Assembly (NCBI GenBank): GCA_013265495.1 | Contig: MU057484.1 | Coordinates: forward strand, 1-64,000 | Direction: 5' to 3' | Length of the DNA stretch: 64,000 nt | Source: Vicugna vicugna | Lineage: Eukaryota | Part shown: positions 41,577 through 53,992 of the stretch, in pieces | Layout of the letters: each line of letters opens with the position of its first letter | Numbering within the stretch: the stretch's first letter is position 1 | Made by a program: the position numbers and the translations under genes | The notes under the pieces: generated by a model | The model's database searches: none | The model's input: only the letters and a program-made list of their open reading frames with translations | Told to the model about the DNA's origin: nothing

Positions 41577-41785
41577 GGGGAGGAGGGTACAGTTCAGTGG
41601 TGGACCACGTGCTTAGCACGTACGAGGTCCTGGGTTCAATCCCCAGTACCTCATTTTAAAAAATGAAACAAATAAACAAACCTAATTACCCTCCTCAAAA
41701 AATATTTTTTAATTCAAAATTCAAAAAACACCTTGCAATAGACACAACATTGTAAACTTGACTTTACTTCAATTAAAAAAAAAAT
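41577..41785 (+). mobile_element. Vic-1-like tRNA SINE followed by a short L1 3' tail
   Basis: ggggaggagggtacagttcagtggtggaccacgtgcttagcacgtacgaggtcctgggttcaatccccagtacctc (B box ggttcaatcc), then gacacaacattgtaaacttgactttacttcaattaaaaaa. Confidence 0.85.
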
Positions 41786-43924
41786 CCTTGCCTCACAAGA
41801 ATATATCTGGATTACGGAAGTTTGCAAATGTAAAATGCCTAGGGTACCACCTGCATAAAAAGAGGGGACTGTACAAATTTGCTATCCCTCCTTTATGAGC
41901 TATATTACCTTAGGGGGCTTATAACCTCTCAGAGCTAATTTTCTCAGATTAAAAAAAAGAAAACATTACCTGATTCTCAGTACTGCTGAAGAATCAGATA
42001 ACACTATGAAAGCATATGATACACGGAGGTTACTCAATAAATGTTTGTTGAATGAACGAATAAACAAGCAAAGTGAATGCTGCTCCCTGCCACAGAACAT
42101 GAAAATGGTACTGCCTGGAAATCCCAAGCCCATGATCACCGGACTCTACACTAACCATGTGGGTGAACTGTGCAGGCCTGTGTGCTTGTCTAAGCCCCAG
42201 TTTAATCATGAATAGAAATGAGGGCAATAACACAAACCTCAAAGGGTTAGTGAGTCAGTAATGAATTGCACCCGAACTTTGCAAGATTGAACCATTAAGG
42301 AAAATTGGGCAGAGTCCATAGGCCCTCTCCATATTATCTCTTACAACTACATAGGAATCTACATTACATCACAAAATTAAAAGTCTAAATTTTTAAAGAG
42401 GCTATTGAGGTTAAATGAGCTCACTGTCTCAAATAAGGAACACACAGTACAAATAGGACAATCCCTAGACCATGAGATACACTCAGTTAAATTTCCAACT
42501 GAACCCACTGGTCCCTCCAACTTCAGAGCACGAGGATGGGTCCTCGTGGCCAGAGGACACTGCACCTGAAGCTAACAAAGCTAACGGTCCCCACTTCCAA
42601 TAGCCCCTGTCACCATCCTAGGTCTAAGTTTGTATTTGTAATTTTTTTCCTTTTTATTAAATAGAAACCCCCAATTGCATAGCCTTCAGGTCACCAAAAC
42701 CTGACCACAGAGATCATGATGGCAGCCCTTCTTGGTGAAACAATAAAATGAAAAGCCATTTCCACAAGACCTCTGTGTAAATCTACTAGGGAAATTCATC
42801 CTGGACTGAGGGGAAGAGGACTGGGGAGGAGGGAGAAATCTGGGGCACAGAGAACCATGGGCCACCTGTCCCACGATGGAGTTTAGTTTCAACACTCACC
42901 CTCCAGGAACTTCAAAATACACACAGACAGAGTGCCTGGACAAGATTTTTTTTTTTTTTAAAGAAATCGCTGACTACCTAGCAGCTCTTTTTTCTATCGA
43001 GACACAAATGGATTATGTATAATGTTTCACAAAACCCCTAAAATACTATCACCCCAACTTGACGCATGAAGAAACTGAGGGAGAGAGGTTTATCACATTG
43101 TGCAAGATTAGAGTGAGGCCGCGTCAGACACCGTATTTAAACCCAATCCCTTGCTCCATTGTTCACACTAGAAAGTGTGACATACTGCCCCTTTTCTGCC
43201 CTCTCTCTTCAATAAATCTCTGAATAGTCTTTTCTGTGCCACCTGGCATCACAGTCACATCAGTTTTCCACAAATAGCTATGTCACTCCTTGGAGGACGT
43301 ATCAAAATTTAAAGGGTTGGAATGGGAGGAGAGATTTGCATTTTCTGTTTCTCAAAGGAATCATGGCTTTAAAAGAAACTGAAAAGGACTTATCTAGTCT
43401 ATGGTCTCATTGTGCAGAGAAGAAAACCGAGGCTCAGAAGAGATGAGGAAAGGGACTTATTAATAGATATTGCCTCAGCGAAGCACCAAACCATCCCTGG
43501 GCACTTCTCGGGGATGATCTGGGAGTCCCAGGAGAATGAATGTTAGAAAAAGGAAAGAGAAGAGGCATACAAGGCCGTGTCTCTACATCATCATACTATG
43601 GAATTCCACCAAATTACCCAGTATGGTTCAGTCAACATTAAGGTGGGTAGAGAGGTTATAGAAACCTGGAAGTCTCATCCATAGTGGAAATTCCAACATT
43701 TACTATGCTTTTTTCCCAGTTCAAGCTTCAGCTCAGTGGGTGCTCTGTACCAGGGACTACACGATGCCTGGAGTTCTCCCAAATACAGATCTCTATTGCC
43801 ACGTGTGCAAACCACACACAGGCCCACCAGAAGAAAAACGTCCACAAATAAAATGTAATTACTGAGACTGAAAGCAGCCAAACAGCATATATTACTAGGA
43901 AAAACGGTGCTGCTAGAAATGCAC

Positions 43925-44170
43925 TCATGGACATAGAAACAAACTGTTTAGCAGGCAGAAAAAGGGGTATTAACAGATACATATTAATAAATATAAAATA
44001 AATGACAAGGACCTGCTATATAGCACAGGGAATATATTCAATTTATTGTAATGAGTTGTACTAAAAACTATCTAAAATGTATGTATATACATATGCATAT
44101 GTTTATAACTGAATCTCTGCTGTACACCTGAAACTAACATTACAAGTTAATTACACTTCAATAAGAAATA
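43925..44170 (+). mobile_element. L1 3' end (cetartiodactyl-type)
   Basis: acaaggacctgctatatagcacagggaatatattcaat...gctgtacacctgaaactaacattac...cacttcaataa. Confidence 0.8.
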
Positions 44171-45319
44171 ATTAGAAATATAAAACCAAGTCATTAAAAA
44201 TGTAAAAGAACACTAATCCTTGTAGCTGTAGGTGGTGGACAATTCTGGGTGAAAGCAGCAATTCCACTGGATCACTCCAGCACTGACTGTCACCCTTTCT
44301 GACCATCAGAGTGTCACTTGGCTACACTGAGGTTACTTTTCTCTTATGTGAAAGGCTACATTTGGAATTAACAATGTATAGAATCTCATAATTCAGAAGC
44401 CCAACAATTAGTGAGGACTTTCCATGGGCCAGGCTCTGGACAGATGAGAAGATAGGGTCTCAGATATATTCATGGGTAGAAGAAGTTTATGCCATAAAGA
44501 CATTAATTCTTCCTGTTTTGATAGACAGAGTCAATGCAATTCTGATTAGAATTCCTACCAGATTTTTCATGGAATGTAACAAGTTAATTTATGGTCAGGA
44601 ACAGCCAAGAAACTTCTTTAGAACCACCACTGGGGAGGGGTGGATAGGTCATTCATTACCACTGTTATTTCTGAAGTGATGAAAACGTTCTGGAATAATC
44701 ATTGTTGCACCACTGTGAATATGCTAAAAGCTGCTGAATTGTACCATTTAAATGGATGGACTTCATGGTGTGTGAACAATATCACAATAAAACTGTTATA
44801 TGAAAAAATATTTCTTGACCATTATATTCCACTGTATACAACTAGTCTGCCGCACAATTTAAGAAAAACAAAAAACCAAAACAAACCAAACTGTGCCAGG
44901 AGCTCTTTAGGACTGCAATGTCCCTGGGTCTCCAATGCCTCTGGTGGTACTGTTCCTGTAGACACACACTAACTGGGTTGGACTGGTTAGGGAATGTAAC
45001 TATCTTTCTAAAATCGACGGTCATATGTTTCACCCTGGGAGAGGGAAGACTGGAGGATGTCACAGACTCGTGTCTTCAGCTCATTTTTAACTGAATCAAG
45101 CCCTGCTTTCAACACTGTAATCCCTCGCACTATAAAAACACGTGACATCATCAAGCACCACCATCATAACACCTGAAAGTGTTCAAGGAACTTACCTGGG
45201 GCAGAAACACTGAGGGAGGAGACGGAAGCTCCCTTAGCACTGGTGCTCCCTTTTCCAGACTCCACCAGGAGAAGCTGGGCTTTACAGCCTAGTGCCCACG
45301 CCACTAAACTCGTCCTGAG

Positions 45320-45910
45320 GGAGCGGGAAAGTGAGAGGAGGGCAGCCCCGGGGTCACGGGGCAGGGAAAGCGGGGGCTGGGGACGCGGGCTGCAGCCAAG
45401 CTAAGATACCAGCCCCAGGCCCAGCTGCTCGCTCCCGTCTGGGTCGGCAGACACCGCCCGCCCGGGACACAGCCCGCCCAGGGACAGGCAGGGGTAGGCA
45501 GCCTAGGAGAGGAAGCCCGGGAGGAGAGGACTCGCGGGCGGGAGAGGGGAAGGGGACGCCAGCCGAGGACTGAGGGGAGCCCGACTGGGGCGAGAGGAGG
45601 CAGATGCACACTTGGACCTGGACAGTTGTGGCCGGGGCAGATGTCTCGGGCAGAGGGGCCTGGCCAGAGCAATTCAGCTGAACACACACCCTCGCGGGCT
45701 GTGACACGCGGACCGCCCTCCCGCAGCCGCCTGACCCCTTTCCCGGGAGCCCCCAGTCTTGCACTTCCAGTGCCGGAGTCCCCGGACCCGGGCAGGAGCC
45801 AAAGGCCTACCGGGCGACAGAACTGAGAAGCCTTTGGGGCCTTTCCCTGTCTCAGAGCTGGAGCTTCCAATCCCCAGTCCAGCTGGCACCGATTGCGCAT
45901 GCTCCGGAGG
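45320..45910 (-). promoter_or_regulatory. TRAPPC9: Partly CpG-decayed CpG island; duplicated TRAPPC9 promoter/non-coding exon 1 region
   Basis: High GC and CpG content ~4.5 kb upstream of exon 2. Candidate donor ggg|gtcagg at 45735/45736, NRF1-like TGCGCATGCTC at 45894-45904, and ETS-like cacttccagt (decayed cacttccggt) at 45762-45771. Confidence 0.7.
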
Positions 45911-46138
45911 GCCAGCCATCCTCTGGGTTCTGAGAGAAGCTGGGGAAGTGAGGGAGGGAGAAGATGGGAAGAGTTGGGTAGGAGGGGAAAAGTGGAGGGA
46001 GACAGATGGACAGGAGGTGCAGAGAGAAGGGAGTGATCTGGAGGGGGGAGGGGAGTAGCAGAGATGGAGAGAAAAAGCTTTACCTCTGGGGGCACCCTGA
46101 AACAGGCGGCAGTCCTGCCTCTGTACCCTTCTCTAACC

Positions 46139-46170
46139 CTTCAAGGCCCGCAGCTCAAATTTTACCTCCC
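46139..46170 (-). pseudogene. TRAPPC9: Homologue of the 3' end of the upstream alternative first exon of the long human TRAPPC9 isoform
   Basis: Minus strand GAGGTAAAATTTGAGCTGCGGGCCTTGAAG = EVKFELRALK, matching the recalled N-terminal extension ...TEEVKFELRALKDWDFKMSVPDY. Confidence 0.65.
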
Positions 46171-46577
46171 TGGTCCAGCCCTAGCGCCAAGGCCTCTGCA
46201 GAACCCCTACGGGGATCACACCAATTGCCCCCATGCAGAGCTGGGTTTCCTGTTGCTCTGGGAACAAAGCATCAGCGAGTGTTATCGCTCAGAACTACCT
46301 TGGGAAGAGTACATATTCCCCTTTTACACGCTGGGAAACAGGCAGGCACGATCTCTGCCTTAGCTCCACTGTCCCAGGTGTTGGGCTGGCGGGGAGCGGG
46401 AGGTACAAGATCAGAGCCCCAGACAGAGCAGACTACCTGATTGTTGGTGCATAGTCCCCATCCCTCATGAGTAAACCTCACCCCACCCTAGGGGAACCAT
46501 CAAGGGCTCACAGTAGGTCCCTGGGTGTGGGAGAGCTGTCCACAGTTCCAGTGCCCAGCTTGCTAGGTAGATAGGAG

Positions 46578-47056
46578 TGTTACCGAGTCCAAATTCATTC
46601 TCCTCAGTGCAAGACAGGCTAATAATTTGTGAGACCAGGTGTTGGGGCATGGAATAGCAAGTTTCTGTAGACCTTGATGGCAAACTAATGTCCTGGAAAA
46701 TCATCTCCCCAAGTCAGAATTCAGGCTCCTTTCCTATGTCCTTGGTTGTAGCAAACTTCTTGGTGTAGGGATTCTTGTTAGAATCCTTTTTTCTTGCAGC
46801 TATCTGCCTGAGTCAAATCTCTGTATACCTCCAGCAAACCACACGTTATTTTCTATTCTGCAACTTGTTATCTGTTTAGCAATGAAAAAGTGTTAAATAT
46901 CCTTGAAGGTCTGAGCCTTAAAAATAGGCTCTCCTGTATATTTCAGGTGCTAGGCAACATTGTTTCACAAGCAAAATGAAACCTAGGAGACAGAGCACAG
47001 GGTTAAAGTCAAAGGAAAGATCTAGTATGGAGCCAGATTTGTTCTTTTCTATTACC
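46578..47056 (-). mobile_element. ERV1-type solo LTR (termini related to the 10434 and 47717 LTRs)
   Basis: tgttaccgagtccaaattcattc... and ...ggagccagatttgttcttttctattac are reverse complements of the termini of the 10434 LTR; the interior differs. Confidence 0.75.
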
Positions 47057-47716
47057 CGGGCAGAATTCACTTAAGGATTTAAACCCCTTTAAGTTAAAAA
47101 TAAGTAAAAGTTTAAAGGAAGTTACATACATAGGTAGGAATGTGCATAGCGTATCTGGAAAAGCACACAAAGGATAATAAAAAGTGCCATCTCCAGGGAG
47201 GTCTGAAAGAACAGAGGGTGAGGGAAAAGTTCTTTCACTTGTGTATTTTTGTGCTCTCTTTGAATTTTTTTAACCATATGCATGCATTTCTTTTTCAGTT
47301 AAAAAAATTGTAATGAAGCAAAGAAGTAACTAGCACAGCAAATAGAGCAGCCATGGAATCACTGAGCCATCGCTTTTAATTTAAGCCAGGAAACATTTAT
47401 TGACTCTCTCCTATGTGCCAGGTGCTGTTTTAAGACTTCTTTTATTAGTTTTATTTTTATTTTATAAAATAATAACATGCTATCCCTCACCCCTGCCCAG
47501 GGCTGGTGGAAAGCCAACTGAGTTTTTCTTGAGTTGTTTTCCAAGGAGTAGAGTTGAGTTATAAACAGAACACATCTTCAGAGCAAAACAGTCGGAGGGT
47601 TTTCCCGCAGGCCAGACAGCTACGAAGCGTTTACAATAGAGGCGCCCAGAGGCTGAGAGAGAAAACCTCCAGGACCCTTCAACAAGCTGCCCATAGTGCC
47701 TTCTCCATGGCACTAC

Positions 47717-48243
47717 TGAAATAGGAAAGAACAAATCTGACTCCATATTAGATCTGTTCTTTTGACTTTAACCCTGTGCCCTGTTTCCTAGGCTTAGGCT
47801 TGTTGGTTTTGCACCTTTTGTAAAACAATGTTGCCTAGAGCCTGAAATATACAGGACACCCTATTCTCAAGGCTCTGACTTTAAAGGATATTAACACTTT
47901 TCCATTCATATAAAGATAACAAGTTACAGAATAGAAAATAACATTTGTTTGTTGGAGAGTTTGTTGGAACACGGATCTGACCCAGGTGAAGAGCTGCAAG
48001 AACAAAGGATTCTAACAACAAAGAATTCATAAACTAAGTTTGCAACAACCAAGCATTCCTGCTTCCCCTTTTTAATATAAAAAGAGCCTGAATTCTATCT
48101 TTTGGAGATGGTTTTCAGGACATTAGACCTCCATCATCTCAGCTGGCTTTACAAATTTAAGATGCTATTTCTTGCCCCAAAACCTGGTCTCCCGATTTAT
48201 TGGCCTGTAATGCAGGAGCAGAATGAGTCTGGACTTGTAAACA
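47717..48243 (+). mobile_element. ERV1-type solo LTR, same family as 10434-10970
   Basis: tgaaataggaaagaacaaatctgactccatattagat...gatttattggcctgt...ggacttgtaaaca aligns along its length with the 10434 LTR. Confidence 0.85.
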
Positions 48244-49056
48244 CAAACAGACATTGAAAGTACCCATTTGATATATTCAATGACCTGCTTCCACTCGTCT
48301 TCCTGACGTTTTCTTCTCTTGACAACTCCTGGTACGTTTATGAAAACCCTGTCATGTGGACACATTTGCATCTCTAGCCACTACCCTTCCATGTAAAAAC
48401 TGATGCCAAGAAGGCAATGGAAGTTGCTAGAATTTATTACCTGGCCAGAAAAGAGCAGAAGTGGTTACTGGCTGATGTTCAGGAGCAGGCTGGGACACCT
48501 GACAATATGTCATAAGTACGGATAGACAGCTGAGCACCAAAGGAGAAGCTTCTAAGCCTCCATGAGGGACTTGTTGGATAGGAAGGAAACGTCCCAGCCT
48601 ACAGCCCTGATCCCACCACGAGCATCCTGAGCGAGGCTGGACAAGTCACTTAAATTCTCCAGGCCCGTGCTGTCGACCATGGGAGCCACCAGCCACATTC
48701 AGGATTATGAAGTTATTCTGTAGCCAGACAGAATTATAAATACACATTTTATTGCAAAGGTTCAACAAGTATAATATTTAAAAACATTATTGGTTTTCTT
48801 GCCCTAACGAGTTATTTTTCTATGTCTAGCTTTCTGTGGTTTGCAATGCCTACAACTAATGATTCCCTTACAGTGAGTTATTTTGAAATTATAAGTTACT
48901 GGACACAGTACACTCATATCACACTTGAAAAAAATTGATCCACATAAGCAAGGTGGTCTGACTTAGTAGTTATGATCAGGGGCTCTGGGGTCAGCCTGCC
49001 TGAGTATAAATTCTCATTCTGCCTCCAGGGGGTTCTGTGTGAATCTTGGAAAAACT

Positions 49057-49070
49057 GTTGTTGCTGCTGC

Positions 49071-49111
<41 letters not shown>
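49057..49111. repeat. (GTT)n/(GCT)n microsatellite
   Basis: Directly visible. Confidence 0.9.
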
Positions 49112-49276
49112 GTGCCTCTTTTTCCTTCCCTTTTAAATAGCGAGGAATATTTAGACTCTATCTCGTACCGTGTTGCCAGGATTAAATGAGTAAACGTCTG
49201 TGCTGCCCACTTCCCTGGGTTTCAGTATTCTCCAGGCAATCAGTGCCAAACTCAGAGGCATTCTTCACTCTCTTCG

Positions 49277-49620
49277 TCAGTCTGGGATGCTGTAACAAAT
49301 TACCATGGGTCGGGTGGCTTAAACAACCAGCATGTTCCTTAAGTTTTCGAGGCTGAGGTCAATGTGCCTGGGAGAGGATAGCCTTCATGGCTGAAAGATG
49401 GCTGTCTTCCCACTATCTTCATGGGGTGGAGAGCAGAGAGAAGCAAGCAATCTGGGGCCCTTTATAAGGGCACTAATCCCATTCATGAGGGCTCTACTCT
49501 CATGACCTCATTTTATCCTAGTAATCACCCCCCAAAAGCCCCACCTCCCAATACCATCACCCTGGGAGATGGGGTTTCGACATATGGAGTTTGAGAGTAT
49601 GCAAACATTCAGTCCACACA
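49277..49620. mobile_element. MaLR MLT1-type LTR
   Basis: gctgtaacaaattaccat, ataagggcactaatcccattcatgagggctctactctcatgacct, ccaataccatcac, aacattcagtcc. Confidence 0.8.
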
Positions 49621-49939
49621 TCGGCTAACTCTCCCCAACATGCAATCATCAAACCTGTAGCTAATTTCACAGTAATGTTTATATCTCTCTGCCTGGTTCC
49701 ATTCCTGCATCCACTAACACTGAAGCCCTGTTATATTTTATTCCTTATTTTGCTGGTAGAGATTTAGTTGATTCCTCTACTCCGATGCTCTCCTCACACC
49801 AAACAGTCCTCTTAAAAGCCCTGCCAGGTAGGTCTTCCTTAAAACACCTTCCCACTGCACCTGGTTGTTTTTTAGGTGTAAATGTCAGAATCCTTTCCAC
49901 ACCCCAGCCTAGAATTTTAATCCCTTACACTACCGCTCA

Positions 49940-50330
49940 CTATGTTATCTCTCTATTACCACTGTACCAAACTTCCATAAACTTAACAGCTTAAACCAGC
50001 ACAGATTTTTCACCTTATGGCTGTGGAGGTCAGAGATCCAACACATTTCACATTGAGCTAAATTCAAGTTACCAGCAGGGTTCCTTCCTTCTAGAGGATC
50101 TAGAAGAGAATATTTCCTTGTTTTTGTTTTTTTTTTTCCAGTTTCCAGAGGTCACCCACCTTCCTTAGCTTGTGCCCCACGACTTCCTCCATTTTCATGG
50201 CCAGCAGCCTTTCTGAACACTACTCCATGGCTACACTTCCCTCTGATTTTAAACTCAGCTGGGCTATGTTCTCCATTTTAAGGACCCCTGTGATTACATT
50301 TGGCCCACCTGGACAATCCAGGCTACTCAC
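49940..50330. mobile_element. MaLR MLT1-type LTR fragment
   Basis: aaacttaacagcttaaacc, ggaggtcagagatcc, aaggacccctgtgattacatttggcccacctggacaatccagg. Confidence 0.7.
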
Positions 50331-52414
50331 CCTGTTGTCTCATCTCAGGATCCCCTTCTCCCCTCCCATTCAGGCATTATGTATGTTGCTGTGACACTCA
50401 CTTTGTGTGACATTTCCTCTCATGAGCAATTTAAGGTTCAAGGCACTTATGAACGACTTTTTGTTTTTCTTCCTTAGTCTTTCTACATTCAGTATGTGTG
50501 GTGAGATTATATGAATCCTTTTTATTTGTGGCCCTCCACTAATCTTTAATAATGTGTCATGGATTTACAAGGCTAATAGACAATTTAGAAGACAGAAATC
50601 CTCTAAGATTTTTCTCCTAATATCTCTGTCATCCCTTTTGCCATGTACAGTAACATGTCACAGTTGGCTAACCTGTGGTGGGGGAGGAACATGATTCTGC
50701 CACCACACTCCCCTCATTCACACCAATTTGATGATTGGCTAACCAAGGATCTATGCTCCCCGCTTCGCTCAATTCCTCCTCCTTTCCATTGACTATCCTG
50801 TTCCTACTGCTTCCTTCATTCACCATATCACCATTTCATGACCACATTTTTCTCTAAATAAAATGGATATCTTGCATCTAATGTCTGATAACTGTTCTTA
50901 TTGTATATGCACACACTGACCTACACATAACCCCACCCATCTCTTTATTTTCCTAGAATCTTCCAGAGGAATCAGTTCCATGATGATGATTATGATGATG
51001 ATGATGATGATACTGACAGTGATGACAGAGGCCTCTCAAGGATTCTGATAAAGAGGGAATAAATAAAGGGAGGGAATCATTGCAAAATAAATAAAGGAAT
51101 CATTGCAAAATTGCCCCAGAAACAGGCTTAAAAGTAAATAACTGCTAAAGTGTTTAATGAAATTGACTAATATTTAACTATTTTTAAAACTTTGTAAAAC
51201 TGTATTTAAAATTTTAATGGGAATTCTCATTCACCCCTAACCAAGATTCAACTCTAGGACAAAAATCTAAGGATTTCTATCTTCTAAAAAATTGTCCACT
51301 AGCCTTTTAGACAGATGATGCTTTGAAAAGGGTATGTGCTGGGCTGAAAATAAGCAGGGTTCATATAATCTCACCAGACACAGTGAATGGGGAAAGACCA
51401 AGGAAGAAAAACAAAAAGCCATTCATAATGTCTTGAAACTTACATTGCACACAGGAGAAAATGTTAGCCAAGGTGGGTGTCACATCAACATGACGCCTGA
51501 GTGTGATGGGGAAGCTGATCTTCCTCATCAGACATTTATTATGATTTGTTAGATGACAACACAATTTCCTCATTGAATTTGCTTCTTATATGTATGGATG
51601 AGTTTAGGCTCTACCAAGAGCAGACTAAACATTTTCCCCTGCTGTCAGGTCACTGGAGAGAATGTCCCCACAAGAAGGATATGATTAGGTTTCATAGGGA
51701 AGTCTTCCTGAGAAGCAACAGGCTTTTCGAGGGCAGAACTGCAGGTCCCCGCTTGGAGGGCTGGAGGAGGGCTAGAGGGGACACTGGAAATGCAGCATGA
51801 GTGAGTTCAGATACTGCTGCTCAGGTCGCCAAAGTCAGCAGTGCTATCTCTAAGGAGATGTCATTCTCCAAAAAGTTCCATGAGTGAAGGAGCCTGTGAA
51901 TGCTAAGCAGGTTTTTAAGACAGCAGCACATAATTTCATCACAACTCAATTACAGTATGTTTTGATATTTGGAAAATAATTAGCGCATTGATCTTTGAAA
52001 CTGCAGCAGTAGCAATAGAAATAAAAAAGACAGCCATCTTGGAGACAACAATCAATAAACAATTCTAAATCTGCAGGATTCCTTGGCAATATGCAACCAA
52101 TGAGCTAAATGTGTGCTGCAGATACCTCTTTTTACAGGGCTCACTCCTGCAAAGCATAGAACTAATTTTCTCAGCAGACAGAGGGAACCAAGTCAAGATT
52201 CCTAATCTTGAGAGGTTTACTAAATGGCAGGAAAGATCAGACAAGTACATACAGCCAAATATGAATAAATGTAATCAAATATTATGAAATGTGAATGGAG
52301 CACAGACGAAAGAGAAATTCCTTTCACCTGGGATCTAGAGAGACTTCTCCAAAAATGTGGCTTTGGAGATGGCCAAAGACATGGGTGGAATTTTGGCAGA
52401 ACAGGATGTAAGGA

Positions 52415-53992
52415 ATTTAAAAACTGATTCTAAAATTCATATAAAAATGCAAAGGATCCCGAATATCCAAAATAAACCCGAATATCTAATTTTGAACAAG
52501 AAAAACAAAGTTGGAAGACTTACACTATCTGATTTTCAGACTTTTTTTATAAAGCTACAGTAATCAGAAAGTATGGTGTTGGTGTAAAACAGGAAAATAG
52601 AATAATGGAACAGAATAGAAAGTTCAGAAATAAACTAACACTTAATTAGAAAATTGATTCTCAAAAAGGATGCAATGGAGAAAAGGATCTTTTCAACAAG
52701 TAAAGCTGGAATTGTTAGATTGTGATATGCAAAAAAAAAATGAACTTTGATCCACACCTCACAAAATATATAAAAATTAACTCAAAGTCGATCATAGATC
52801 TTAATAGGAAATCTAAAACTATAAAACAGATAGGAGAAAAAGCATAGACTTAAGCTTTATGACCTTGGGTTTGGCAAACATTTCTTTGCAATGACACCAA
52901 AAGTAAAATCTATTTTAAAAAGTAACTGATATAGTGAAGTTTACAAAATGAAGGCTCTTCAAAGCTCTTCTAAACACTGCAAAGCAAATGAAAAGACAAG
53001 CCATAGACATAAGCTATTTGCAGATCATATATCTGATAAAGGTCTCTCTTTGTGTCTGATCCAGAATAAAAAGGTTTCAAAACTAAATAATAATGCAAAC
53101 ACCTGAATGAATGAATGAGGCCAGAAAACACACTTCACTAAAGATATCCAGATGGATAACAAGTATATGAAAAGATGCTGTTTAAAGATGCCATTAGTCA
53201 TTAGAGAAATGCTTTCAAAAACCGCAGAGAGATACTAGTACACACACATACTAGAATGTATACGATTAGAAAGACCGACCTTACAAAGTGCTGGCAAGGA
53301 AGTAGAGCAACCAAAACTGATACACACCACGAGGAATTTACAATAGCACAACCATTTTGGAACATTATTTAACAGTTTCTTTAAAAAAGGTAAACACCTA
53401 TCTACCATATTACCCAGACATTCCTCATCTGATGCTTTAGGAAATAAAAGCATATGTCCATACAAAGACTTGTAACCAAATATTCACTGCAATATTATTT
53501 ATAATAGCTCAAGTTGTAAATAACCCATGAATCCATCAAGAAGTAAATGGAGAAACAAAGGATGGTCTATCCAAACACTGCTCACAATAAACTATTCAGG
53601 AAAAACTCAGCACCAAACAATACTCTGCTATAAGCAAAATAAGCTATTAATACAGCAACACAGATGACACTCAAAATAATTACACTGAATGAAAGAAGTC
53701 AGACAACATAGAGTAGATACTTCATGAATCCATTCATACAAGGCTCTTGAAAATGCAAACCAGTATGTTGTGATAGAAAGCAGATCAATGGTTTCCGGGG
53801 GAATAGATGGGGAGGGAAGGAGGGACAACAAAATACAGGAGAAGAGTTTTGTGGGTGATGGATATGTTCACTGTCTTGAATGTGGTCATGGTTTCTTGGG
53901 GATATACTTATGTCAAAACATATTAAGTTGTACACTTTAAATGTGTGAACATTATTTTGCCAAATATACCTCAAAGCTGTCTTAAGAAAAAA
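52415..53992 (+). mobile_element. L1 (L1MB-like) ORF2 3' half and 3'UTR
   Basis: aacaaagttggaagacttacactatctgatttt, aatggaacagaatagaaag, aaaattaactcaaa, gggtgatggatatgttcactgtcttg. Confidence 0.85.

Noticed and set aside
41577..41655. tRNA gene
   Set aside because: A/B boxes belong to a tRNA-derived SINE with an A-rich tail and other degenerate copies in the window; no complete cloverleaf.
45304..46440. Long ORFs (263, 136 and 144 aa) over the CpG island
   Set aside because: Pro/Gly/Arg-rich, overlapping in several frames, no recognisable homology; typical of GC-rich stop-poor DNA.
10434..48243. Same-orientation LTRs at 10434 and 47717 as the two ends of one provirus or composite element capturing TRAPPC9 exons
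   Set aside because: The 10434 LTR has its own TSD (solo insertion), the copies are clearly diverged, and TRAPPC9 exon 7 lies outside the pair.
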